The position numbers and the translations under genes are program-made. The notes under the pieces are model-generated. The model was not told the origin of the DNA. It searched no databases and worked only from the letters and a program-made list of their open reading frames with translations. Positions 8,723 to 18,208 of a stretch of DNA of 32,000 bases are shown here, piece by piece. The stretch's first letter is position 1; every line of letters starts with the position of its first letter. The DNA comes from Candidatus Heimdallarchaeota archaeon B3_Heim (lineage in GTDB: Archaea > Asgardarchaeota > Heimdallarchaeia > Hodarchaeales > Hodarchaeaceae). Location of the stretch: contig NJBF01000001.1 of NCBI GenBank assembly GCA_003144275.1, positions 60,001 through 92,000 on the forward strand. Reading direction: 5' to 3'.

Positions 8723-9874
8723 TTATTGTAAATACAATTGATCCTCCCATGTAGATATTTTATCAGAACCTCCCTCTTTCGTCTTCTTATCAGAAAACTG
8801 TATAAAACAAGGAGAAGGGGTGATTCGACCAATAATTAATGCATTACCTTGATTGAACTCTTTTGCTTTATCGATGAAATGAGAAGGAACATAACTAAAA
8901 GTATCTTTGATTACATCTAAATTGGTATTACTTGCCATTTGGAGTAGTATTAAATTACCACATTGAGTTAATATATGTTCGTGAATCTTTGAGGGTATTT
9001 GAGATGATATTATCATATAGATTCCATATTTACGCCCTTCTCCTGCAATCAATTTACCATATTCAAGAGTAGATTCATTACCAAACTTTTTAGGTTTATT
9101 AGGAAAAAGATGATGAGCTTCATCTACAACTATAAATGTAGGTTTGTTGTTTATCTCTTTTTTGGAATGTTGACGCCAAACTTCCTTAAGTATCTTATTT
9201 GCTACCAAATTCCTTTCTTTATAGTTAAAATAAGATAGATCTATAATCGAGTTTCCTTCATGAGAGATTAAATCATTTATACTTGTACCGCTAGACATAA
9301 AAAGTAGTGATTCATGAATTTTAGATCTTTTCATACGAGTTGTTAATATTGGGTTAACACCTGTGAAAATATTTATTATTTGTTCAACACTTGGATTATT
9401 TCGTTTATTAAAAATTTTGAACGCTGTATTTAGATCCTCGAAGAGTTTTGTGTCTATTATTGGATCAATTTCTAATAGTTCTGCAGCATCAGATACTTCA
9501 AGATCTTGAAACTTCAAAGAAAGTGAATTTTTGATCCGTGAATCATTAGAAACTATATTAAGTTCTTTTGTTTCATTACGAAGATGAAATCTATGAAATT
9601 CATCTGAATCCAAAACTCTGAAATTGAGTGATGAATGAATATAATTGGAAAAATTCTTCTTACAACGCCTCTCAACTATTTTAATTTGTTCAGTATCAGA
9701 GTCAAAGCTCGAATCACTCTTATCTATCAAAATCTTGAGTTTTGTTTCAAAAAGGAAATGCTGATCTTTATCTAAAAATCCTAAAAGCAGGTCAAAAAGA
9801 ATTTCTTTGCTTTTATCTTCTAAATGATAAGTTGAGTAAGAAAAAGAAATATTTAATTTATGCCTATTTTTCAT
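8723..9874 (-). CDS. HerA/FtsK-family ATPase-like protein lacking Walker A
   Basis: Walker B FIVVDEAHHLFP, EGRKYG, SQIPSKI, TQCGNLI and EGGSD; no GxxGxGK[ST] in the ORF. Confidence 0.7.
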   Translation of the reverse strand: MKNRHKLNISFSYSTYHLEDKSKEILFDLLLGFLDKDQHFLFETKLKILIDKSDSSFDSDTEQIKIVERRCKKNFSNYIHSSLNFRVLDSDEFHRFHLRNETKELNIVSNDSRIKNSLSLKFQDLEVSDAAELLEIDPIIDTKLFEDLNTAFKIFNKRNNPSVEQIINIFTGVNPILTTRMKRSKIHESLLFMSSGTSINDLISHEGNSIIDLSYFNYKERNLVANKILKEVWRQHSKKEINNKPTFIVVDEAHHLFPNKPKKFGNESTLEYGKLIAGEGRKYGIYMIISSQIPSKIHEHILTQCGNLILLQMASNTNLDVIKDTFSYVPSHFIDKAKEFNQGNALIIGRITPSPCFIQFSDKKTKEGGSDKISTWEDQLYLQ

Positions 9875-9977
9875 ATATCAAGTATATTCCAATCTCATCT
9901 TTAGATAAATTGTGCAGAACGAGTAAATAGTAATTAAAAAGGCTATTGATCCTTAACTATTCTCCAGGTGTTATGAT

Positions 9978-11489
9978 TTGGTAAATGACTTAATTTCGAC
10001 TCTTGAAATGTCTATCGCTGATGTAAATGCAGATTATCTTGGAGTAAAAAGAATAATTTTGATGGAAAACGCTGGAAGGGGGTTAGCTGAATTTATATGG
10101 GAAATTTGTAACGAAAAATATTGTTCATCTATCGTTATTATTGCAGGGAAAGGCGGGAATGGGGGCGATGGGATGGTTGCAGCACGTCATCTCGCCAATA
10201 AAGCTAAAGTTTCTCTTTATTTAGTAGGGGCAAAAGAGGATATCAAGAAAGATTCAACCCGAAAAAATTGGAAGATTCTAGAGAATCTATCACATTCTAT
10301 TAACGTAAAGGAAGTAAGCGATCCTGTAGATTTAAATAAAATAAATATCAGTAAAAAAACAATAATTGTTGATGCACTATTTGGAACTGGAGTTCGTGGA
10401 GAAATTACTGGTCATTATTCCAAAGTTATCTCCTATATTAATTCATGCGAAACGAAAGGGGCTATTATAATATGTGTTGACACACCCTCTGGAATCAATC
10501 CGAATACTGGTCAAAAAGCCAATATTTTCGTTAAAGGTCATTATACAGCAGTTTTTCATAAACAGAAACAAGGTTTAACAGCAGAGAATTCAGGCAAAAT
10601 TAAGGTCATTTCAATTGGAATTCCTCCAGAAGCAGAATTTATTGTTGGTCCTGGAGATCTTTTGGCGCTTTCTAATAAAAAGAAATGGGTGAAAAAAGGA
10701 GATCAAGGAAAAATACTCGTCATAGGGGGAAATGAAAAATATTCTGGAGCCCCAGCTCTAGCAGCTATGGGGGCCCTACAAGCAGGTTCAGATTTAGTGA
10801 CAATAATTGCTCCTAAACACGTTTCACATGCTATTCGTTCCTACACTCCAGAGTTTATAGTCGATAGCTATCCATCCTCCCACCTAACAACTGAATCACT
10901 ACCTTTTCAACAAATGAAAGAAACTGATTCAATAGTACTAGGGCCCGGATTAGGACGTCATCCTGATACGCAAAAAGCAGTAGATAAAATTCTTAAATTC
11001 ACAAAAACACATGATATTCCATTAGTTATAGATGCAGATGCATTACATCTTATTAACCGATCTCAATTGTACTCAAAGGTTATTCTTACACCTCATGCGG
11101 GAGAGTTTGCAGTTCTAACTGGAATCACCTTACCTTCTGGTTTTTCTTCATTTTCAGAGAGATTAAATGCAGTATTAAAAGCAACTAAAGATTCTCCCGC
11201 GGTATGGCTAGTTAAGGGGCCATGGGATATCATATCTCGTTCTGAGAAGTATAAGATTAATAAATCTGGTGTACCTGAAATGTCACGTGGGGGTACTGGA
11301 GATATTCTTGCAGGTTTAACCGCAGGATTTGCAACCAAAACAAAAAATCTTTTCTATGCAGCCACGATTTCGGCATTTATTAACGGGAAAGCTGGGGAAC
11401 TTTCTCGTAGGGATTTTTCCACATCAAATTTGCTAACAAAAATACCCGAAGCACTGCAATCTAGTTGGAATTTTATCTCTGAAGATTAG
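9978..11489 (+). CDS. nnr: Bifunctional NAD(P)H-hydrate epimerase/dehydratase
   Basis: LMENAG, GKGGNGGDG, VDALFGTG, D.PSG; YSGAP, GPGLG, VIDADAL, TPHAGEF, GGTGDILAG. Confidence 0.95.
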   Translation: MVNDLISTLEMSIADVNADYLGVKRIILMENAGRGLAEFIWEICNEKYCSSIVIIAGKGGNGGDGMVAARHLANKAKVSLYLVGAKEDIKKDSTRKNWKILENLSHSINVKEVSDPVDLNKINISKKTIIVDALFGTGVRGEITGHYSKVISYINSCETKGAIIICVDTPSGINPNTGQKANIFVKGHYTAVFHKQKQGLTAENSGKIKVISIGIPPEAEFIVGPGDLLALSNKKKWVKKGDQGKILVIGGNEKYSGAPALAAMGALQAGSDLVTIIAPKHVSHAIRSYTPEFIVDSYPSSHLTTESLPFQQMKETDSIVLGPGLGRHPDTQKAVDKILKFTKTHDIPLVIDADALHLINRSQLYSKVILTPHAGEFAVLTGITLPSGFSSFSERLNAVLKATKDSPAVWLVKGPWDIISRSEKYKINKSGVPEMSRGGTGDILAGLTAGFATKTKNLFYAATISAFINGKAGELSRRDFSTSNLLTKIPEALQSSWNFISED

Positions 11490-12118
11490 TTCGAGAACTG
11501 CAAACTATCTGCTTCGAAAGCATCAATTTCCTCAAGAATTCCATATATTTTGTGGATCGATTGGTAAACATATTCTTCCTTTTTTGCACCCGTGCATACC
11601 AATTTTCCTGATTGGAAGAGAAGAAGTACTACTTTTGGTTCTTGCATTCGGTAAATTAGACCTGGAAACTGCTCAGGCTCATACATAGAATGCTCTAATA
11701 AGAGGGCCGCTAATTCAAGATTAATTCTCTTTCCAAGGGTTCCTGATGCAACAATATTCTGAACAGTTATTGTAGCTTCATGTTTCACATTGTGCCCTGC
11801 TTGCCGTAATAGTTCAGAAATGACCTCAACAGCTTCCTGGATCATTTCTACTGATTTAGCACCAGTTACAACAAGTTTTCCAGAAGAAAAAACCAGTATT
11901 GAGACTTTAGGTTTTTTGATCTTGACTACGACACCTGGAAACTGCTCAGGAATGTAAGAAACTTGGACATCTCCGGGGGGACGGCTTGCAGCTCTTTCGA
12001 GCTTAATTTTACATCGTAAATCTACTGAAGCGACTACATTTTGAACTTCAGCAAATAAATCATCTTTATTTGACTCATCTGACATGAAAATCACCATGGT
12101 AATAAAATTAAGAGCCAC
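11486..12118 (-). CDS. tbp: TATA-box binding protein
   Basis: Two repeats NVVAS/NIVAS...PEQFPG...F.SGKLV.TGAK; the real start is probably the internal ATG (MSDESN). Confidence 0.97.
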   Translation of the reverse strand: MALNFITMVIFMSDESNKDDLFAEVQNVVASVDLRCKIKLERAASRPPGDVQVSYIPEQFPGVVVKIKKPKVSILVFSSGKLVVTGAKSVEMIQEAVEVISELLRQAGHNVKHEATITVQNIVASGTLGKRINLELAALLLEHSMYEPEQFPGLIYRMQEPKVVLLLFQSGKLVCTGAKKEEYVYQSIHKIYGILEEIDAFEADSLQFSN

Positions 12119-12198
12119 AATACTTTGTGAAGAAAAATTAAGGGAAAATCTATTCTTCTAAGATTATATACAGACCCTTCTACTTAGAAAAAACTAAA

Positions 12199-12225
12199 CT
12201 TATAAGCATTTATAAGGTTTATAAG
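12199..12225. promoter_or_regulatory. Three tandem TTATAAG TATA-like boxes upstream of tbp
   Basis: cTTATAAGcatTTATAAGgtTTATAAG, copies starting at 12200, 12210 and 12219. Confidence 0.35.
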
Positions 12226-12523
12226 CTAAGTTCAATTTTTTTCTGGAAAGTTTCCGAATGAATGCTTGGTAAACTGACTTTCCTATATTGAAACTAGGTT
12301 ATTAATTTTCAAATGATATGAATTATTACTTTAAATATTCTCTGTTGGTAAAATTATAGATACAAATAGATTTTCTAAAGAACAGCTTGTTTATAGAAAA
12401 AGACTTAGGAGATCAGGAGATCCTTCCTGTAGATTTCAATACTCAGAGAAATTTTCTTCCGATTTTAGCAAAAATACCTAAGAAATCGATTTCTTTTCCA
12501 ATACTTATTTAAAAGCCTATCCA

Positions 12524-12533
12524 TTATATAAAA
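12524..12533 (+). promoter_or_regulatory. Candidate TATA box for tfb
   Basis: TTATATAAAA about 35-40 nt upstream of the TTG start, with a GGAGG ribosome-binding motif at 12552-12556. Confidence 0.4.
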
Positions 12534-12566
12534 CCCATTCGAGGTTTCAACTGGAGGGCAAGTTGT

Positions 12567-13505
12567 TTGACGCCACCTGAACAAAAATGTCCCGAATGCG
12601 GTAGTAACGATATTGTAATGGACATGACAAAAGGCACTTCAATTTGTGCATCATGTGGACTTGTTATAGATTTACAAATCGATTTAGGTCCAGAGTGGCG
12701 AGCTTATAATTCAACTGAACTTCAAGAACGCGCTCGAGCAGGAGGCCCCATCACTCCGCTTAAAGCGGAAATGGGTTTACGAACTCAAATCGGAAATATT
12801 AGAAAAGATATTTCAGGAAGGACTCTTCCATTTTCTTCACAAACTAAGTATAGACGGCTTTCTCGAATTGATAACCGAACAAGAAAATCAGAAATCAGAA
12901 ATTTACGCTTTGCCTTAAAGGAATTAAAACGAATTAAAAGTCAACTTGAACTACCAGAAGATGTGGCTGAAATGGGAGCCATGATATATCGTAAAGCACT
13001 GAAAAAAAACCTAATTCGCGGGCGTTCGATTGATGGGATGATCGCAGCCAGTTTGTACCTTGCCTGTCGAAAAAAGAAACTCCCCCAAACATTAAAAGAT
13101 ATCGCTTCAGTATCTAATATCTCTTCCAAAGAATTAGGCAGATGTATAAGAATTATTCTTCAAAAATTAGATTTAAAAGTTAGTCCAAGCGATTATTCCG
13201 CGTTGGTTCATCGTCTTGGAATTAGTCTTCGTGTTACCATGAGAGCTCGTCGACAGGCCGTAAAAATATTAAATATTGCGCGATTACGAGGAGCTACGGT
13301 TGGTAAAAATCCAATGAGCCTAGCAGCTGCATCACTATATATCGCAACTATACAAACTGGTGAGCGCCGTACACAACAAGAAATCGCTACGGCCGCCAAA
13401 ATTACTCCTGTTACAATCAGAAATCGTTTCAAAGAATTAGTAAAGATTATTGATGCTGAGTCGTCGAAGGATGGTCATGATCCTCTTCAATCTTTACTTG
13501 TTTAG
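12567..13505 (+). CDS. tfb: Transcription initiation factor IIB (TFB)
   Basis: Zn ribbon CPECG...CASCG, B-reader GPEWRAY, two cyclin folds (LIRGRS, GKNPMSLAAASLY, RTQQEIA..A.ITPVTIRNR). Confidence 0.97.
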   Translation: MTPPEQKCPECGSNDIVMDMTKGTSICASCGLVIDLQIDLGPEWRAYNSTELQERARAGGPITPLKAEMGLRTQIGNIRKDISGRTLPFSSQTKYRRLSRIDNRTRKSEIRNLRFALKELKRIKSQLELPEDVAEMGAMIYRKALKKNLIRGRSIDGMIAASLYLACRKKKLPQTLKDIASVSNISSKELGRCIRIILQKLDLKVSPSDYSALVHRLGISLRVTMRARRQAVKILNIARLRGATVGKNPMSLAAASLYIATIQTGERRTQQEIATAAKITPVTIRNRFKELVKIIDAESSKDGHDPLQSLLV

Positions 13506-13527
13506 AAGGATAAAATAGAATACGATT

Positions 13528-14229
13528 TTATGATACATCTTCAACCGAAGATACTATTCCATCCTTAATGTGGAAGATTCTATTTGCCTCTTTTGCAATA
13601 TTGGAATCGTGAGTAACAAGAATCAAGGTTTGATTTTCAGTTTTATTTACTTCTTTCAGCAAACTCAATACAGATTGTCCCGATTCCGTATCCAAATCTC
13701 CAGTAGGCTCATCAGCTAATAATATTGTTGGCTTGTTGGCAAGGGAACGCGCGATTGCGACTCTTTGACGTTCTCCTCCACTTAACTCATCTGGTTTATG
13801 ATCTTTGCGCCTCAACAGATCCACTTTTTCGAGTAATTCTGTTGCTCTTTTCACGCGTTTATCCTTTGGTATTCCTGCTATTAACATTGGTAATTCGACG
13901 TTTTCTAATGCCGTCAGGACGGGAAGTAAATTATAAAACTGAAATATAAATCCTACACTTTTTCGTCTAATTTCTGTAAGTTGTTGTTCGCTTGCTCTAG
14001 AGATATCGCTTCCTTCAAGTAAAACTTGTCCAGAGGACGGATTATCTAATGAACCAATAATATTGAGAAGGGTTGTCTTCCCACAGCCGCTAGGACCCAT
14101 TATGGAGATCATCTCTCCCCTGTTTATTTTCATATTAATACCTCTCAAAGCATCGACCCTCACTTCTCCTAAGATGTAAGATTTCCTTAGATTTCTACAT
14201 TCAACAACTATATCTTGACCTGATGCCAT
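13528..14229 (-). CDS. ABC transporter ATP-binding protein (LolD/MacB-like)
   Basis: GPSGCGKTT, LSGGERQRVAIAR, LLADEPTG, LVTHD. Confidence 0.92.
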   Translation of the reverse strand: MASGQDIVVECRNLRKSYILGEVRVDALRGINMKINRGEMISIMGPSGCGKTTLLNIIGSLDNPSSGQVLLEGSDISRASEQQLTEIRRKSVGFIFQFYNLLPVLTALENVELPMLIAGIPKDKRVKRATELLEKVDLLRRKDHKPDELSGGERQRVAIARSLANKPTILLADEPTGDLDTESGQSVLSLLKEVNKTENQTLILVTHDSNIAKEANRIFHIKDGIVSSVEDVS

Positions 14230-14477
14230 TTAAACCGCCTTCAACTACTTTTTTAATTCAAATAATATTGTACAGTAGATTAATTGGTCAAGGGAGCGAT
14301 TCAATTACGAGTTATTAACATTTTTATGAAGGAAAGAAATTTATTATCTCGTTACAACCAAATTCCTACGATCTGACAATTCAAGTCATCATATAATAAG
14401 TATTGAAAACTTGTCGTTAGAATAAGGGCTTATCGGGGTAAAAACTTTATAAAAAAACAAGAGAGACTTTTCTTTTA

Positions 14478-14915
14478 ATGACAAAAATTGATTCGACAGT
14501 AGAAAAATTACTAGAAAGACCAATGGCAAAAAATATCATGAAACTACTTGCTGACGAGGATCTTTCCATACCTCAAATAGTAAAAAAAATGCAGAGCTCA
14601 GATATTCAAACAATTGTTGCGTTTTTTGCTGAATTACAGCATTTTGGACTAATCGAACTAACTGATCTATCTTCGAGAAAATCAGTAGAAAATAAACAAG
14701 AAAAATCTCAGAATTTACTTGATTTTGAAATTTTAGCTCCAAGAGCGACTCAGTTCCCTCCATTAGGAATTTCTGTTAAGGAATATAATCTGCTATGGGA
14801 TGATTTTTCAAGAGATAATGGTCAAATCAACCTTCAACAGCTAGAAAACTTAACTTTTACCGTTCCTAGCAATTTAAAACATCTTTTTAAAACTGAAAAG
14901 CCAAGCAATATTTAG
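14478..14915 (+). CDS. Winged-helix/HTH-domain protein
   Basis: N-terminal KNIMKLLADEDLSIPQIVKKM...FFAELQHFGLIE has ArsR-like wHTH spacing. Confidence 0.5.
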   Translation: MTKIDSTVEKLLERPMAKNIMKLLADEDLSIPQIVKKMQSSDIQTIVAFFAELQHFGLIELTDLSSRKSVENKQEKSQNLLDFEILAPRATQFPPLGISVKEYNLLWDDFSRDNGQINLQQLENLTFTVPSNLKHLFKTEKPSNI

Positions 14916-15081
14916 GAATAATCGAAATTATTCCCCTATTAGTATTTCTGATAGATGAAACTCATCTCTTCATGAAGGAAATTAAGAAAAGTTTTTCACT
15001 ATTAGTTAATTTAGCTCCTAACGGCATTAAATTTTTACTCTTTCAATCTTGGGGTTAATCTTGATATATAAAAGGAAATAA

Positions 15082-16737
15082 ATGATAATGTTCAGACAAA
15101 ACGCTGTTTTAAATGATTTTGTGAACTTTCTAAAAGCGCGTGGTAGATTTCGAGATATTGAATTTATCGATAATAGTGTTCATGCGACTCCACGAATTCC
15201 AGATTTTCCTTCGATTATATTTTATATTGAAGAAACACGTTCTGAACCAAAACAACAACTATACGTTCTTGAAATCCATGGTAATGAATCGAGTGTCATG
15301 AATCGGGAAATTCGAGAATTTTTTAGTCTGAATAAATTGAATGTTCAGAAAATTCGCTCGAAATTTCATTTGAAAACGGATACTGAGGATGGTATCATTT
15401 GTGAAGTTACAGGAATTGGTTCCTCATTTGATTCTTTTTCTGACCAAATGCAAGAATTATTTAGTACCGCTCAAGTAGTACTAGAAAAAACACAAAAAAC
15501 CTTATTTTTTGGTTCAGAATCAGAAAAAAAGGAAATTATCAAGCCTAAAAGACCATCACAGATATCAAATTTATCAAAAATTATAACCAAACAAAATGAA
15601 CCTACAATTTCACCAGTAATGCCTGCTATTAGATCCAAACCTTCTCCTGAAACAACTACAACAAATTCTGAGCGGATGAAACATTCTCCTGTTAAGAATG
15701 AAATGGAAAATTCAACATCAACCGAACGCCCAACGGACGACCCCCGATCAGTTGAGGAAACCAATACACCCCGAGACATTGTCTATATTGAGAAAGAAGG
15801 AGAAAATTTTAATGAGGAAGATTTGTTTAAACCACCACCTACTAGAGAGATCAAATCCGTCCCCGATAATCAGGATCCTGAAGGGGATTCATTTCGGATG
15901 GAACCTCCCGATAAATCTTACTCGAACGATGTCGTCCCATATTTAAAACAAACAACTGGATTATTTAGAAAGGATAACTGGGAAGAAGATCTTCCAACAG
16001 AAATAGAGATGGAAATCCTAGACCGTACCTTCGCTCGAATAAAGCATCGAACAAAACCTGAAATCTTAGCTAAGGATTTAGATATCCCAATAGAGGAAGC
16101 AGAGAAACATTTGAGGAATTTAATCTCTAAAGGACTTCTCAGAACTCAAGTTGGTTGGTTTATTATAAAGAAGAGCCATTTGCCTTTCTTTAAGAAGACT
16201 TTTTCAGATTCAAATCGAAAAAAGAAAAAGAAAAAATCTCCTCGAATCTCTCGGACTGGTGAAGGTCTCACTTCAGAAGAAATAGCAACGATAAAAGCAA
16301 TTAAATCAAGGCCAAATCTGAAGGCGCAATCAAACTTGTTAACTCGTCCAACTGGATTAAAACAGAGCATTTTAAAGGAAGTTTTACGAAATTTAGTAGA
16401 CAAAGGAATCCTTAGAGTGTCCTATGGATGGTACATTCTTAAAGATAAACATATTTTAGAACAAAAGAGAGGAAGTCTAAGTTCAGATACTTCCACTCCT
16501 CCAACACCTGATTTAAAGATCCCGAAGGGGTTTAAACTTTCAGATTCAGAAATCCAGGTCATTCAGGCATTATTACAACGCCCTCAATATAAAGCACAAT
16601 CAAATCTCCTAACCTCTGAAGTCAAATTATCAAAAGACCAGATTAAACAAGTTCTTAGAGACCTTGTAGAAAAGGATATCTGTAAGGTAACTTATGGATG
16701 GTACACTTTAAAGAATCCTGACCATTTCTTAACATAA
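15082..16737 (+). CDS. Protein with N-terminal globular domain, disordered linker and three tandem winged-helix repeats
   Basis: Three ~60-aa repeats ending LRNLISKGLLRTQVGWFI / LRNLVDKGILRVSYGWYI / LRDLVEKDICKVTYGWYT. Confidence 0.65.
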   Translation: MIMFRQNAVLNDFVNFLKARGRFRDIEFIDNSVHATPRIPDFPSIIFYIEETRSEPKQQLYVLEIHGNESSVMNREIREFFSLNKLNVQKIRSKFHLKTDTEDGIICEVTGIGSSFDSFSDQMQELFSTAQVVLEKTQKTLFFGSESEKKEIIKPKRPSQISNLSKIITKQNEPTISPVMPAIRSKPSPETTTTNSERMKHSPVKNEMENSTSTERPTDDPRSVEETNTPRDIVYIEKEGENFNEEDLFKPPPTREIKSVPDNQDPEGDSFRMEPPDKSYSNDVVPYLKQTTGLFRKDNWEEDLPTEIEMEILDRTFARIKHRTKPEILAKDLDIPIEEAEKHLRNLISKGLLRTQVGWFIIKKSHLPFFKKTFSDSNRKKKKKKSPRISRTGEGLTSEEIATIKAIKSRPNLKAQSNLLTRPTGLKQSILKEVLRNLVDKGILRVSYGWYILKDKHILEQKRGSLSSDTSTPPTPDLKIPKGFKLSDSEIQVIQALLQRPQYKAQSNLLTSEVKLSKDQIKQVLRDLVEKDICKVTYGWYTLKNPDHFLT

Positions 16738-16970
16738 GAAGAAGTGATTATTCAACCTGAAGGACTGTACTAGTAAGAAGATTAACTTTCTGATCTTCTT
16801 TGTGTTGTATGCTAGCCATGTTATTCGATAAACGAAAAACAATTGTTTTAATGATCTGTTCTTTTTGGATAATTGGTTTACCTATCAAAATTCTCTCAGC
16901 ATACAAAATAAAATATAAATTCACACACCAACGATCATAATTAGAGATAGAGGAATGGAAGTGCTCTGAA

Positions 16971-17744
16971 ATGACTAGTAATACTGAATTATCTAAAGAT
17001 CCTACTGAACAGCAATCAAAAGAGGAGAATATTCCATTAAAAACAGAAAATACCCCCTCTCCAAAACGTTTTCATAATGATAAATTAATGATTTCAACTC
17101 TACTGATTGCAACTCTTATAACAATTCTTATTTACACGGTTCCAGATTGGGTTTTTTTGGAAATACCAACACGTAATATTATAAGTGAAATACTTGCCTT
17201 TATCGGAATTGAAAATATACTAATACCAAACTTGGATCCACAATACAGTTCAGTAATTCCAGATTTTTTAAGAGGTGGAGAATTTCCCTTTCTTGAAGCA
17301 ACCACACAAACGCCAGGAATTCACATTCCATCTACAAATGGCGATTATTGGATAGTTAAAGCATGTACAGGTATGCAAGCAGGAGGATTGCTCTTAGCTA
17401 TCATCATGATCACTGAAGCTACCTGGAAAGCTAAGATACGCGCAAGTACTGCATTCTTCATTGCATTATTTATAGGAAACACATTACGAATCACATTCCA
17501 TCTCTGGTGTGTATCATTCTTAGTTACGCAATTCAATATGGATTCTGAAACGGCATTTTATTGGGCCCATGATGTTTCATCCAAAGTAATTGGTTTTTTT
17601 GGTACCATCTTCTTTGCTTTACTCATTGAAAAAATGGATGTTCCTATCATTGATCAGTTTGCAGATTGGCTTGACTGGATGTGGTGGAGATTGGAAAACG
17701 GTTTCTTATTTTTCAAAGGATTGATCGTATCTGATAACAATTAA
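16971..17744 (+). CDS. Exosortase/archaeosortase-family transpeptidase
   Basis: Multi-TM protein with Cys (IVKACTG), Arg (GNTLRI) and His (YWAHD) in the expected order. Confidence 0.75.
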   Translation: MTSNTELSKDPTEQQSKEENIPLKTENTPSPKRFHNDKLMISTLLIATLITILIYTVPDWVFLEIPTRNIISEILAFIGIENILIPNLDPQYSSVIPDFLRGGEFPFLEATTQTPGIHIPSTNGDYWIVKACTGMQAGGLLLAIIMITEATWKAKIRASTAFFIALFIGNTLRITFHLWCVSFLVTQFNMDSETAFYWAHDVSSKVIGFFGTIFFALLIEKMDVPIIDQFADWLDWMWWRLENGFLFFKGLIVSDNN

Positions 17745-17966
17745 CATTTCCAGTCGTAAAAAAATTGAACTAATTGAAGTATATTTTACATTCGGATTTT
17801 TTTTAGCTTGATTTTAATTTGTATTTTCTTCTATTTTGGTTTGGGAAATTTCAGTTATCTCTCATAGATAGTAATCCCGATGTAAAACTTCTTAAGTAAA
17901 TCTGGATTGAGATTACTTGTAACGTTGATCAAATCAATCTAGGCATTTATGACAGGAGCTTAGAAT

Positions 17967-18143
17967 ATGAGTGTTAGAAAACAAAAAAAACGTGATGATT
18001 CTCCGATGCCTGCCACTGGCGCAGGATTAATTAGGTTTTATTCCGAATCGGATTCACCAGGGTTAAAAATCGGCCCTTATTGGACTGTTGGAATAGCGAT
18101 CGCATTTGTAGGACTAATTCTTATCCTAAATTTATTCCAATAA
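17967..18143 (+). CDS. secG: Preprotein translocase subunit Sec61beta/SecG (58 aa; absent from the ORF track)
   Basis: Hand translation MSVRKQKKRDDSPMPATGAGLIRFYSESDSPGLKIGPYWTVGIAIAFVGLILILNLFQ; AGL.RF motif plus C-terminal TM helix; AGGAG upstream. Confidence 0.87.
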   Translation: MSVRKQKKRDDSPMPATGAGLIRFYSESDSPGLKIGPYWTVGIAIAFVGLILILNLFQ

Positions 18144-18208
18144 CAACAGATAATACATTTTTTGTCGAGTTTCTTTCTACATAATTCTTTAAACTAACCA
18201 AATAAAAT

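Larger units (their letters stand above)
1..9900. mobile_element. Accessory/defence-type genomic island (left edge outside window); no integrase, transposase or att site seen
   Basis: Cluster of nuclease-, toxin- and RM-like genes and several broken ORFs; visibly more AT-rich than the core genes that begin at nnr (9978). Confidence 0.5.

Noticed and set aside
13528-14229. ABC ATPase with no adjacent permease
   Set aside because: Orphan LolD-like ATPases are common; nothing unusual in its motifs
15991-16710. Z-alpha (Z-DNA binding) identity for the WH repeats
   Set aside because: The wing Trp is present but the Asn/Tyr pair of the recognition helix is absent
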